DNA of 64,000 nucleotides from Candidatus Bathyarchaeota archaeon. GTDB lineage: Archaea; Thermoproteota; Bathyarchaeia; Bathyarchaeales; Bathycorpusculaceae. The stretch lies in contig CAWABA010000011.1 in NCBI GenBank assembly GCA_963780185.1, positions 98,779 through 162,778 of the forward strand. The letters run 5' to 3'. Both the position numbers and the translations under genes were made by a program. The notes below the pieces were generated by a model. That model was not told the origin of the DNA. It saw nothing but the letters and a program-made list of their open reading frames with translations, and searched no databases. Positions 1 to 10,179 of the stretch are shown in pieces (positions within the stretch are counted from its first letter, which is position 1; the number at the start of each line of letters is the position of its first letter).

Positions 1-1
1 T

Positions 2-547
2 TTCCACCTGTTCTTCCTTGTTCCAACCGGGCGAGGAACCAAATTAGCCGACATTTCCCCAGTGCAGTACGAGGAAATGATAACGAAAACTTTTGCGAAA
101 ACAGCCAATCACACGCTTAACGTAAGACCTTCATGCGCGCCCCAATTTATGCGGATCGCGAAAAGCATGGGTATGGATATGAGGCAGTGGATTCGCGGCT
201 GCATAGCGGGACTGTACTACTGCCGCATTTATCCCAACGGCGACGTAACACCGTGCCCCTACTTGCCGATTAAGCTTGGAAACGTGCGTGAAAAAAGTTT
301 CAAAGACATATGGTTCAACTCAGAAGTCTTCAAAGCCCTAAGAGACCCAAACATGCTCAAAGGCAAATGCGGCGCCTGCGAATACCGAACATTATGCGGC
401 GGCTGCCGAGCCCGCGCCTACGGCTTATCCAACGACTTCATCGATTACTGCGGCGACCTCCATGAACCCACAGAACTAAAAAGAGACTACTTAACCGAAG
501 ACCCCTGGTGCGTTTACCAACCGAAAAACAACTCACAGAAACCTTAA
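2..547 (+). CDS. Radical SAM/SPASM-domain protein (NirJ/AhbC/AhbD-like), 5'-truncated by window edge
   Basis: Open frame from base 2 (FHLFFLVPTGRG...); SPASM Cys motifs CPYLP and CGACEYRTLCGGCRARAY. Confidence 0.8.
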   Translation, partial: FHLFFLVPTGRGTKLADISPVQYEEMITKTFAKTANHTLNVRPSCAPQFMRIAKSMGMDMRQWIRGCIAGLYYCRIYPNGDVTPCPYLPIKLGNVREKSFKDIWFNSEVFKALRDPNMLKGKCGACEYRTLCGGCRARAYGLSNDFIDYCGDLHEPTELKRDYLTEDPWCVYQPKNNSQKP

Positions 548-856
548 ACCGCCAGCCCTTAAGTGAACGCCAAAAGCAAAACCGCTTGCGTCGGAAACTA
601 TTTAAGACATCAATGTCCTTCAGGAACTTTAATCGGCAGTTAAAACGGCTTTGGCAGCCCGCACGCTACTCTGTGACTGTGGACAGCCAAATCAAAAGGG
701 TGATGGCGAGAAAAATGCGAGGAGTCCACAAAACAAGAAATTCAAGAATTGACCGCGAAGCAGCCTCTTTATTGAAAGAAGCAGCGAAGCAATGCAGTCA
801 ACGCTAAGGAGGCAATCAGGATCTCAAATGGCAGCCTTTCTAGATCTTTCTGTGGG

Positions 857-2035
857 ATGTTTAAGCAAACATTACTTGCTTACTTGTTTGACATAGCGGG
901 GCTAATCGCTGGTTTTCTGATTGCTTATCAACTTGACGTATTCGAGCATTACCCATGGGCTTTGGCGCTTTATCCTGCACTGATAAGTACAAGGATAATC
1001 AACGGGTTACTTAGCGGTCGCTTAAGCACGGGTCTGCATCTTGGAACAATCAATCCCCAGTTTATGGGAAACACCAAAATGTTCTACAAACTGATCCACG
1101 GAATCATTGTTTTAACTTTGGTAACAAGCCTAAGTGTCAGCGTCATATCGCTCCTTTTCGGCAACTTGTTTTTAGGCATCAGACTTGCCGATTTTCCAGC
1201 TATTCTCTCCGTCATCGTTTCCACCTTGGCGATTGGTCTGCTTTTTTCCGTGGTCACAATTAAAGTTGCTTTCGTTTCTTTCAGGAAAGGATTAGACCCC
1301 GACATCATCGTCTACCCCGTTATTGCGACGTCAGCCAGCATTTTCATAACACTCTGCTATGTTGGAGTGTTGAAGTTGGCGACCTTTTTACCCGGCGTCA
1401 TATTGATTACAACTATCGGTTTTGTTCATGTCTTTTTGGTTTTGTTCTTGTTGTTAAGGGATATGAATGACCGTGAATTTCTAAGAACCATACGTGAATC
1501 CTTCCTGATGCTGATGCTTGTAGCCTTAATTGTCACTTTGACAGGAACAATTTTTGGAGGATTAACAAGGTTCACACAGAAAGAAATCGTTATGATTTAC
1601 CCCGCTTTACTCACCGCTTACCCAGCCTTAATCAACAACATAAGCAATGTCGGCTCAGTTGTAGGCTCCACCGCCAACACAAAACTCGCTTTAGGCATGC
1701 TTAAACCAAACTTTAGCTCAATAAAAAACCATGCCAAAAACATAACCAGCGCTTGGCTTGCGTCGTTTTTGATTTTCGTCGTTTTAGCGTTAGGCTCTTT
1801 AGCGATTAACCGCGTGTCCTCATTGGATACCTTTGTTGATGTGATAGCGATAATCTGGGTGTCCAACGTAATAGCCGTCATAGGCATAGTCCTCGTATCC
1901 TACAGCATAGCGATTGAAACCTTCAGAAAAGGATTCAACCCTGAGAATTTCGTCATCCCACTTGAAACATCCTTGGCAACCATCATAATGTCAACGGCTC
2001 TGTTGGTGACCATGCTTCTGCTAACTTTGCATTGA
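857..2035 (+). CDS. MgtE/SLC41-like divalent cation transporter, membrane domain only (internally duplicated, no CBS domains)
   Basis: About 10 hydrophobic segments; repeated motifs GLDPDIIVYPVIAT and GFNPENFVIPLETS, the MgtE (D/N)P(D/E) signature. Confidence 0.75.
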   Translation: MFKQTLLAYLFDIAGLIAGFLIAYQLDVFEHYPWALALYPALISTRIINGLLSGRLSTGLHLGTINPQFMGNTKMFYKLIHGIIVLTLVTSLSVSVISLLFGNLFLGIRLADFPAILSVIVSTLAIGLLFSVVTIKVAFVSFRKGLDPDIIVYPVIATSASIFITLCYVGVLKLATFLPGVILITTIGFVHVFLVLFLLLRDMNDREFLRTIRESFLMLMLVALIVTLTGTIFGGLTRFTQKEIVMIYPALLTAYPALINNISNVGSVVGSTANTKLALGMLKPNFSSIKNHAKNITSAWLASFLIFVVLALGSLAINRVSSLDTFVDVIAIIWVSNVIAVIGIVLVSYSIAIETFRKGFNPENFVIPLETSLATIIMSTALLVTMLLLTLH

Positions 2036-2087
2036 GGGCATAATTAAAATAATTCAAAACGGTATCTTGTTTGGAGACCTCTGGGCT

Positions 2088-3287
2088 ATGCCAAAATTCG
2101 AAAAGATAGAGTACAAACCCATCCCTGTCAGGAAACTTTTGCTTGAAATGAAAAACCTATCTGAACTAATGATTGACTTAGCCTACTCTTCAGCGCTCTA
2201 CAACGATAAAGACCTCGCGGAAGACGTTTTGGTGCTTGAAAGCCATGTAGACACTTTAGCCTACCTTTTAGAAATGGAAATTATGGTGGCTTCAAGAAAC
2301 CCGAAGGAAGCAGAGTCAATGGTTGGGATTTCCAGGGTAGCTTCCGCCACCAATAAGATTTCGGACGCAGCAGCGGACATCGCAGCAATCGTAACCCGCG
2401 ACATTGGTGTTCATCAAATTGTGGGGAAGTTTTTTGAGCAAGTGGAAGAGCATTTGATGAAGGTAACTGTTAAGCCTAACTCAACGATAGTTAAGAAAAC
2501 CATTGAGGAGCTTGAACTAGCCCCAACGATGGGTATTGACATAATTGCGATTCGCCGCAATAAAGATTGGATACTTAACCCGAAGAAGGAAGAAAAAATC
2601 TTTCAAGGCGACGTTTTAATCACGCGTGGAGCCCCAACAGGGATTGAAGCGTTCAAAGACCTGGCGGAAGGGGAACTTGCTAAACTGAACGTTGAAGAAC
2701 GCGCAAAATTCGAGGAAATCGGCTCCAGATTCGTCGAGCTTAAAGACACCTCAGAGTTGATGCTGGATTTAGCCTACTCAGCAGTCATGTTAAACAGCAA
2801 AGAGTTAGCTGAAGAAGTAGAACGCCTAGAAGAGCAAGTTGATCTTTTACACACGGAATTTGAGTTACTTGCCCTCAAAAGTGACTTCAAAAAGGAGGAA
2901 GCCTCAGGGTTCCTCGGGTTGATTAGACTAGGCGTTGCGACAGAAAAAATCGCTGATGCAGCCGCAGACATAGCGGAAGTTGTGCTGCGAGGCATTGAAC
3001 CTCACCCAATCTTGAAGCTAACAATTAGCGAGGCAGAGGAAACAGTGGCTCAAGCCTGCGTCACAGCGGATTCCGCGCTTGTGAACAAAACTTTGAAGGA
3101 AGCGCGGGTTCATGAAGGAACAGGCATGTGGGTTTTAGTGATTAAAAGAGGCGAGAAATGTCTGCGTCCCCGTGCTGATTCAAGGATCGAGGTTGGTGAT
3201 GTGCTGGTTGCTTCAGGATACGCTGAGGGAGCTGACGATTTAAAGAAGCTTGCTTCCCCTACTCAATCATGCAGCATCGATAGTTAA
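2088..3287 (+). CDS. Tandem PhoU-like + TrkA-C (RCK_C) domain protein
   Basis: Two repeats of K(N/D)xSELMxDLAYS...A.(E/N)KI.DAAADIA, each followed by an RCK_C-like segment; ATG at 2088 preferred over TTG 2067. Confidence 0.8.
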   Translation: MPKFEKIEYKPIPVRKLLLEMKNLSELMIDLAYSSALYNDKDLAEDVLVLESHVDTLAYLLEMEIMVASRNPKEAESMVGISRVASATNKISDAAADIAAIVTRDIGVHQIVGKFFEQVEEHLMKVTVKPNSTIVKKTIEELELAPTMGIDIIAIRRNKDWILNPKKEEKIFQGDVLITRGAPTGIEAFKDLAEGELAKLNVEERAKFEEIGSRFVELKDTSELMLDLAYSAVMLNSKELAEEVERLEEQVDLLHTEFELLALKSDFKKEEASGFLGLIRLGVATEKIADAAADIAEVVLRGIEPHPILKLTISEAEETVAQACVTADSALVNKTLKEARVHEGTGMWVLVIKRGEKCLRPRADSRIEVGDVLVASGYAEGADDLKKLASPTQSCSIDS

Positions 3288-3381
3288 CCTCTGTATTTGG
3301 GATTCATCAACACTATAAAGCAGCAAACACAATCTCTAAACACACCAGCTTATCATTCGCCGAGACGAAGAAGGAAAACAA

Positions 3382-3711
3382 ATGGTTACCTGTCCGAATC
3401 CTTCATGTGCAAGAGTTTTCGCTATACCACTCAAAACCTTGAATTTACAGGATTCAACGGGACCCTACCCAGCTTGCCCATTCTGCTTAACGCGAATAGT
3501 ACCAGAAATTAGCAAACCTGAAATGCAAGATGAATGTCGCCCAGCTAAAGAAAAAAAGGATAAAAACGGCAAGGAAAAGCCTCAAGCCTGCCATTATCAC
3601 CTTGGTTACTTAAGTGAAAGGAAAGACAAAGAGCAAATTCCAGAGGACTGCATCGTTTGCCGAGTTCTCGTAGATTGCATGCTGCAAAAAATGAGAAATA
3701 GTCCAACATAA
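3382..3711 (+). CDS. Small Cys-rich putative metal-binding protein
   Basis: CPNPSC...CPFC N-terminal set and CHYHLGYL...CIVCRVLVDC C-terminal set. Confidence 0.65.
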   Translation: MVTCPNPSCARVFAIPLKTLNLQDSTGPYPACPFCLTRIVPEISKPEMQDECRPAKEKKDKNGKEKPQACHYHLGYLSERKDKEQIPEDCIVCRVLVDCMLQKMRNSPT

Positions 3712-3778
3712 ACGGCAAAACAAGATGAAGTTAGAGATTTAAAAAAAACAAAGAATTGTTTTTTAGAAAAGTGAATTT

Positions 3779-4111
3779 TTATTTCTTTTTCTTAGCGGGT
3801 TCGGTGGCAGGCGTTTCTGTTGATGCTGTTCCTTCTGCTTTAGGCTCTTCTTTCTTCTCTTCTATTTCTGTTGTGATTTCTTCGATTGGCTTCGGAGGCG
3901 GTGTTGTTGCCATTGTCCAGCCTATCCATGCACCGATCGCTAGAATAGCGATGAATGCTATAGAAACAAGAATCAATACTGCATCTAGCCGAGCGTTGGT
4001 CGTATTCAAGCTAAACAAGCCTGGATCAGCCACTAAAACTAGGTAAGCTACAGCAACTATAACGCAAACAGCGAGTATTGCTCCACCTATTCCTTGATCT
4101 TTGCTAACCAT
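3779..4111 (-). CDS. Small two-TM membrane protein with Pro/Glu/Lys-rich tail
   Basis: Two hydrophobic helices, then GWTMATTPPPKPIEEI and a charged tail. Confidence 0.75.
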   Translation of the reverse strand: MVSKDQGIGGAILAVCVIVAVAYLVLVADPGLFSLNTTNARLDAVLILVSIAFIAILAIGAWIGWTMATTPPPKPIEEITTEIEEKKEEPKAEGTASTETPATEPAKKKK

Positions 4112-4191
4112 TTAAGTCACCACTTTATAGCCATGTATATTCTCAAACAATTTAAAGTTTGTCATGCTTTTGAGATTGCGCTTGCTTGTTT

Positions 4192-5448
4192 CTATGTTGT
4201 TCCCATTTCCCATGTGGACAAATATTTTTTCTGTTCATCGGTAAGTTCGTCGATTGCGACCTTCATTGATTTCAGCTTTAAGTCAGCTACTTTTTCGTCG
4301 ATGTCTTTCGGAACCGTGTACACTTTAGGCGTTAAGTTTGATGATTTAGCGATGTATTCCGAGCACAATGCTTGATTGGCAAAGGACATGTCCATGACTT
4401 CTGAAGGATGCCCTTCTGCCGCTGCCAGATTCACCAATCTGCCTTCTGCCAGCAGATAGAGTCTTCTGCCGTCTTTCAATGTGTACTCTTCCATGTTGGG
4501 CCTAATAGTCCGTTTGCCCTTCGACAGCGATTCCAAGTCTGGAATGCTGATTTCCACATTAAAGTGTCCGCTGTTAGCAAGAATGGCACCGTCCTTCATC
4601 TTCTCCATATGCTCCTTTCGGATCACATGAATATCACCCGTCGCCGTAACAAAAATATCTCCCAACGCCGCCGCTTCAGACATCGGCATAACTCTCAAAC
4701 CATTCATGGCGGCTTCTAACGCGCGGGTAGGCTGAACCTCGGTAACTATAACGTTTGCGCCCATACCTTGCGCCCGCATTGCGATGCCTCGACTGCACCA
4801 GCCGTAGCCCCCGACAACAAAGTTCTTTCCTGCAATCAAAACGGAGGTCGCCCGCAGGATGCCATCCATGGTGCTCTGCCCCGTTCCATAGCGGTTATCA
4901 AAGAGGTATTTTGTGTAAGCATCATTTACAGCTACGATAGGATATTTCAAGCTGCCATCCTTTTCCATCGCTCTTAGGCGGATGACACCAGTCGTGGTTT
5001 CTTCAGTTCCACCCTTCACAGTCTTCAACTGAGCTGGGCGTTTGCTATGCAGCGTTCCGACTAAGTCTGCTCCGTCATCAAGAGTAATCGATGGTTTATA
5101 ATCCAGCGCGTAATCGATGCATTTGTAGTATTCTTCAGTGTTTTGTCCTCTCCAAGCAAAAACATGAACGCCACTATCAGCTAAAGCAGCTGCGACGTCA
5201 TCTTGAGTTGAAAGAGGGTTCGAGCCGCACAACGCAACTTTGGCGCCGCCGGCAGTTAACGCCTTCACCAAGACAGCTGTTTCTTTCGTCACGTGAAGGC
5301 AAGCGCCTAAAGTTAAGCCTTTAAACGGTTTTTCTTTTTCTAACCTGTCTTTTATCAGCTTAAGCACGGGCATATGACTCGTTGCCCATTCGATTTGCAA
5401 ATGACCTTGAGGAGCCAAACTTTTGTCTTTAACCAGGAATTCTTGCAT
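4192..5448 (-). CDS. ahcY: Adenosylhomocysteinase
   Basis: Motifs [52 protein letters not shown]. Confidence 0.97.
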   Translation of the reverse strand: MQEFLVKDKSLAPQGHLQIEWATSHMPVLKLIKDRLEKEKPFKGLTLGACLHVTKETAVLVKALTAGGAKVALCGSNPLSTQDDVAAALADSGVHVFAWRGQNTEEYYKCIDYALDYKPSITLDDGADLVGTLHSKRPAQLKTVKGGTEETTTGVIRLRAMEKDGSLKYPIVAVNDAYTKYLFDNRYGTGQSTMDGILRATSVLIAGKNFVVGGYGWCSRGIAMRAQGMGANVIVTEVQPTRALEAAMNGLRVMPMSEAAALGDIFVTATGDIHVIRKEHMEKMKDGAILANSGHFNVEISIPDLESLSKGKRTIRPNMEEYTLKDGRRLYLLAEGRLVNLAAAEGHPSEVMDMSFANQALCSEYIAKSSNLTPKVYTVPKDIDEKVADLKLKSMKVAIDELTDEQKKYLSTWEMGTT

Positions 5449-5569
5449 GATTGTACCTTCTTTTCAGAACAATGTAATCTTCAACCTATTTAGAATTTTC
5501 TTCAACCAGCATTCTGCTTTGGAAAAAGTTTTAAGTGCAACAAGCGCAAGCCTAGGGTAAGAAGGCAAT

Positions 5570-6178
5570 ATGATGAAGGAACCTTTCTCCAAATTCATCG
5601 AAGCCAATTTAGGCGCAAAAACCTTACTTATAACAACGGGGTTGCCTGGAACTTGGAAGACAGAAACCTCTGAGGAAACCTCGAAAGTCAAAGGATACCC
5701 CATTCTTCGAAGCGACATAATCCGTTTGGAAGTTCTCAAGAACGAAGATGTTTTCGACGCGAAAGTTGCGGGAAACATGAATAAGCGACTGTCCGTTTAC
5801 GACGAGGTCTTCCGAAGAGCAGACGACATGGCGCAGAAAGGCACCCAAGGAATGATTTTAGACGCCACCTTTGTCACCCAAGATTTGAGACGCCGAGCAG
5901 CTGAAATTGCGGCGAAACATGGAATGACCTTCGTAATTTTGCAGACAAGTTGCCCCGAAGAGGTCTCGGTCGCCAGAATTCAGCGCCGCACCAAAGAAAA
6001 CTACGAATCAAACGCCCTAACCGTAGACGCATATCTTGCTAACAAGAAAAAGTTTGAACCCGTAGACATCGGGGACCTAAAGAAAAAGTATCCAGCACTT
6101 AAAATACTCCATTTAACGGTTGACACGTGCCGCGACAACCCTGAAGGCTGGTACGTTATCGGAATGGAAAAAGCCTAA
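5570..6178 (+). CDS. P-loop nucleotide kinase-like protein (AAA_33/gluconate kinase-like)
   Basis: Walker A variant GLPGTWKT, LRSDIIR, ILDATF, R..R lid motif ARIQRR. Confidence 0.8.
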   Translation: MMKEPFSKFIEANLGAKTLLITTGLPGTWKTETSEETSKVKGYPILRSDIIRLEVLKNEDVFDAKVAGNMNKRLSVYDEVFRRADDMAQKGTQGMILDATFVTQDLRRRAAEIAAKHGMTFVILQTSCPEEVSVARIQRRTKENYESNALTVDAYLANKKKFEPVDIGDLKKKYPALKILHLTVDTCRDNPEGWYVIGMEKA

Positions 6179-6194
6179 AGGACACGCTAAAAAA

Positions 6195-7061
6195 TTGATA
6201 ATCGACCTGCATATCCACTCCAGTGCTTCAGACGGGAAACTTTCCGTTAAGGAAATATTCAGGGAAGCAAAAAATCGAAACATCAGTTTCTTAGCAATCA
6301 CCGACCACGATTCAATCGGCTGTCAAACCCAAGCCATTGCCAGGGCTAAAAAAGAAGCCATCCGCTATGTTACAGGAGTCGAGCTAAACGTGGCTTTTAC
6401 TCATCCAAAGTATCATGAAGGCAAATCTGTTTCGCTGGATTTCTTAGGTTACCAGTTCGACGCCTCCAACAATGCGTTAAACAGCAAACTTGAAGCAATG
6501 GCAAAATACAGGGAAGAAAGAGCAGCAAAAATCCTTGACAACCTAAACAGGGAATTCAAAAAAGAAAACATCCAGGAACTGACCAAGGATGATCTTAGGC
6601 AGATTGAAGAGTCGGTTGACGGAGTGCTCGGCAGACCCCACATTGCAGATTACCTGGTTAAGAAAAATATCGTTAAAACGCGGCAGGAAGCATTCGACAA
6701 GTACCTTGTCAAGTGCGATGTCCCAAAGTACCCGCTTAGCATGGAAGAAGCATCAAAGCTCGTTAGGAACGCAGGAGGAAAACTGGTTTTAGCGCACCCC
6801 AACGACCCCCACGGAACCTCCCTGGTAGCATTAACTAAAACGTTAGCCCAGCAAACAGACATAATCCAAGAAAAAATGCTCCCTCAAATAGACGGCGTCG
6901 AATGCTGGCATTCAAGAAACACACCGGAGACCACAAGTCATTACGTAGCCTTCGCAAAGCAACATAAGTTAATGATGACTGGCGGAAGCGACTGCCACCA
7001 GAAACCAATCGTCATGGGCACGGTTAAAATTCCCGATTGGGTAGCTGATCAGTTCGCTTAG
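6195..7061 (+). CDS. PHP-domain metal-dependent phosphoesterase (TrpH/YciV-like)
   Basis: DLHIHSSASDG, AITDHD, GVELN, GRPHIA, VLAHP, TGGSDCH; TTG at 6195 is the likely start. Confidence 0.9.
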   Translation: MIIDLHIHSSASDGKLSVKEIFREAKNRNISFLAITDHDSIGCQTQAIARAKKEAIRYVTGVELNVAFTHPKYHEGKSVSLDFLGYQFDASNNALNSKLEAMAKYREERAAKILDNLNREFKKENIQELTKDDLRQIEESVDGVLGRPHIADYLVKKNIVKTRQEAFDKYLVKCDVPKYPLSMEEASKLVRNAGGKLVLAHPNDPHGTSLVALTKTLAQQTDIIQEKMLPQIDGVECWHSRNTPETTSHYVAFAKQHKLMMTGGSDCHQKPIVMGTVKIPDWVADQFA

Positions 7062-7065
7062 GTTT

Positions 7066-8073
7066 CTACATTTTTTTGGCGTAGTCGACGGCTAATTTGA
7101 AGTAGGCTTTTGCGTCTTTGGTTGCGTCTGTCTTTTCCTTGTCGCTGACGCTTGGATCGTCAAGTTTGAAGCTGATGACTTTGCCTCGAACGTAAGCTCT
7201 GTAGCATTTGTAGAACGAAAGCACCTTCGTCAAATCCTGATCTTTCGAGTACGCAATGTATCGCTCTATGAGGAAATCGGCCAAGTCGGGGCTGTGCTGA
7301 AAGTCAAGATCCATAGCTAAAAAGGCGACGTCTGAAGCCACGTCTGAGTACCTGAAGCGGTCGTTGAATTCTATAGCGTCAAAGATGCAGATTTTATCCG
7401 TTATGAAGATGTTTCCCGAATGCAAATCGCCGTGGCAATCCCTAATTTTGCCGCCGCTAACTCTGCATTCGAAGAGTGCATTGTTCGCTAGCATGAAGCT
7501 ACCTATCTTATTCTCCAAAAACTGATAATCAACCTTTGCGATTGTTTGGTCGACGTATTTTTTGGTTTGTGAGAAATTTTCGTCCCAGTTGATTTTGATA
7601 AGCTTGAGGGAACCGAACTCGTTTATTGCACTGCTGCTCTGGGCGGTAGAGTGGAAACGCGCGATTGTTTTTGCTAACTCATCGATCGTTTTGTTGCCCA
7701 CTTTGTTCTCGCTGAGAAGCCTCGTCATGATTGCTTCTTGAGGCAGACGCTTCATTTTCAAGGCGTATTCGACCGTTTCTCCGCTGCCGTCTATTCTGAT
7801 AGTTTTTGACTGGTTAATCGGCACGACTTTAATGTAAATTTCTGGGCAAAGCCGTCTGTTTAGCTCCAACTCTTTTTCGCAGAACACGCGGCGTTTTTGC
7901 AGCGTCGAAAAATCAAGAAACCCAAAGTTCACCGCTTTCTTGACCTTGTAAACGAAGTTTTCTGTTAAGAAGACGAAGGAGATGTGGGTTTGGATGAGTT
8001 CGATTTTGCCTGTTTTTTCTGGGTAGGTTTCGGGGGTCAGTAAGGCGTCGACTACTTGTTTCTGGGTTTGCAT
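7066..8073 (-). CDS. Aminoglycoside phosphotransferase-like (COG2187-type) kinase-fold protein
   Basis: ETHIS-like QTHISFVFL, YKVKKAVNFGFLDFSTL, ELNRRL, RDCHGDLHSGNI, IFDAIEFNDRFR. Confidence 0.85.
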   Translation of the reverse strand: MQTQKQVVDALLTPETYPEKTGKIELIQTHISFVFLTENFVYKVKKAVNFGFLDFSTLQKRRVFCEKELELNRRLCPEIYIKVVPINQSKTIRIDGSGETVEYALKMKRLPQEAIMTRLLSENKVGNKTIDELAKTIARFHSTAQSSSAINEFGSLKLIKINWDENFSQTKKYVDQTIAKVDYQFLENKIGSFMLANNALFECRVSGGKIRDCHGDLHSGNIFITDKICIFDAIEFNDRFRYSDVASDVAFLAMDLDFQHSPDLADFLIERYIAYSKDQDLTKVLSFYKCYRAYVRGKVISFKLDDPSVSDKEKTDATKDAKAYFKLAVDYAKKM

Positions 8074-8257
8074 GCGAGTTTTCTTCCTTTGAATGTTATA
8101 TTTTGCGAGCCGTCCAATAAATGTAGAGTAGTTTTTTAAGGCTTGCCTGCTTAAGGCAATAGTGGTGGGATGTTATGGAGAAGGAAAGTTTCGTAGAGGA
8201 CCTAAAGAAAACTCTCTTACGGTATTGGTTATTCAGCCAAGGTTGTTGAGAGAATAC

Positions 8258-8870
8258 TCAAGTGGTACTCTTAGCCGCTTGAAACCCTTTCACGTAAGCC
8301 AAAACCTCATCTGCCTGCTCTTTCGAAATGTGCTTGCCGCTGAGCGATTTCACTAGGTCAGACACTTTAGCTAAAGCATGCACCTTAAAGCCCATCTTCT
8401 CCAGATTCTCCTTGCCGCCCTGCTCACGATTAACGACAACAAGAAAATCGTTGACGATCGGCGCCGAGTTCTTGGAGAGGCTTGATTCCTTCAATTTTGG
8501 ATAATCCTTCGCTTATGACGTCATCGAAGAAAAGGACTCTGTCGCCTTTTGCAACGTCTGCACCGGCAATTCTTCCCGTTACCCCATAAGCTTTCTCTTC
8601 TTTCCTGACTATGATGCAGGGCAGGTTAAGTTTGCAGGCTATGCTTGGCACGATCAACGCGCCTTTAAGCTCAATAGAAGCCAACTTGTTTATTCCGTCG
8701 GCAGCCACTATCTTCGCTGCCTGCTCAGCAGCCGCATCAACGACAGCGCACATTTGCTTTGGCGCAGCCAGCAGACGGGCAAGATCAATATAGTAGGGGC
8801 TGATTGCTCCAGACTTGATTTTGAAGCTGCCAAATTTTAGGCAGCCCGACACATAGAGAGCGTTAGCCAC
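8258..8870 (-). CDS. pyrE: Orotate phosphoribosyltransferase (frameshift near 8460)
   Basis: LKFGSFKIKSGAISPYYID, VRKEEKAYG, PRPP loop FFDDVISEGLSK; C-terminus VVVNREQGG continues in another frame. Confidence 0.85.
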
Positions 8871-8960
8871 TTTATCGGTAGTACTTAGACATATCCGTTA
8901 CCTGTGTTGTGAATGTAAAAATGGAAATTTAACCCTTTACCAACACAAAAAAGCCAAAAA

Positions 8961-9936
8961 CTAAGCGACCAAGTCTGCGATGTCTACACTATGTTCGTAA
9001 ATTTGTCTCAAAAAAGATGCTGCAGCCAAAATTTGAGGCATCAAATCTACTGAAGACCCCTTAGCAACTCTTTCGATGCTTGCAGTGGTCGCGTCAATTT
9101 CCACTCGTCGGCTACGCACGCTCGCTGCTAACGCGATATCCTTAGTTACAAAAGACTTCAAAGCTTGTTCATGAGCATCGTAGCAGATAGTTTGCAATTC
9201 AACCAGCAGCTTTTGCAATTCGCCTGTAAACTTGAATCCGTTTAGAGCGATGGCTTTTGCTGCAACCTGAACACATGCGTCGCCTATGCCCTCAATTAAG
9301 CTCGCTGCTAAACGGTAATCTATGCATTCAATCGGGGTAATCCCAAGCTTCTCGTTTAACCGTTGATTCTGAATTATCGTACGCAAAATCCTAACTAAGC
9401 AGGAAATACAGCCTGTTACTTTCGTCGTCCCGCGCAATGACGTTCTTAGCCAACTCAACATCCCCGTAAACAAAGGAGCTTGCTGCGTCACGAATCATCC
9501 CCGCCACGATGGCGTAGTTGCGCTGCAGGATTTTTTCCGGCGAAGTGGAAGGCTGCTGCTGCATTAAGCTATGAAGTGAAATTTTTGAGCTGGTTTCCTC
9601 AAAAATCTCTAGCCCAGACAGGGAGCTGGCAGTCGACTTAACTATACTTCTAGCCGCCGAGTCTATGCGGTCTTTTGCTTCAATGTTGATGGTGTCGTAG
9701 CCCAGAAGGTAACGACCTACAATCTCCCGACTAAGGTAAGGACCGACGGCTAAAGAGGTGGTTCGGGTTGGGGGTTCAGCGTTATATTCGGCGTCAACAA
9801 CAAGTTTGTCGTCGCTGGTTACATCTAAACAGACCAGCGCGCCTTTTTTCAGCCCTTTCTTTTTAGCCCAATCTCTTGGTAAGCAGACAAAAAAGGTGCC
9901 CGTTGGCGTTTGTTGAATCTTACGTAGATCAGCCAT
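8961..9936 (-). CDS. Phosphate uptake regulator, AbrB-like N-terminus + two PhoU repeats (frameshift near 9410)
   Basis: RKIQQTPTGTFFVCLPRDWAK N-terminus; RDDESNRLYFLL continues as VRILRTIIQN in another frame; EHSVDIADL end. Confidence 0.85.
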
Positions 9937-10179
9937 AGTAATGCCTCAAGCAGGATATAACACATCTAATCAACAATCCAATTATATAAACTGAAACGGT
10001 TTTGACTAATGAATAATTTGACTTTTGAAGCTTCAAAAAGCAGTGGCATAGGTTTTGCGAGATTTTAGAGACCGTTGTGACCCGATCAGCAAAATTGTTT
10101 TCAAACGAAAAACGGTAAATAAGTCATAGACATAAGAGAGTATCATAAAACAGTTCAAGCCGAAGGCAAGCGAAGCGGA

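Noticed and set aside
508-807. 99-aa ORF overlapping the radical SAM gene end
   Set aside because: Basic, motif-free translation that overlaps a real gene and spans probable promoter DNA; no support for coding.
5464-5778. Antisense and alternative-frame ORFs in the track (this one and many similar, e.g. 12122-12727, 26749-27183, 60216-60824)
   Set aside because: They are shadows of well-supported genes on the opposite strand or frame, with no independent motifs.
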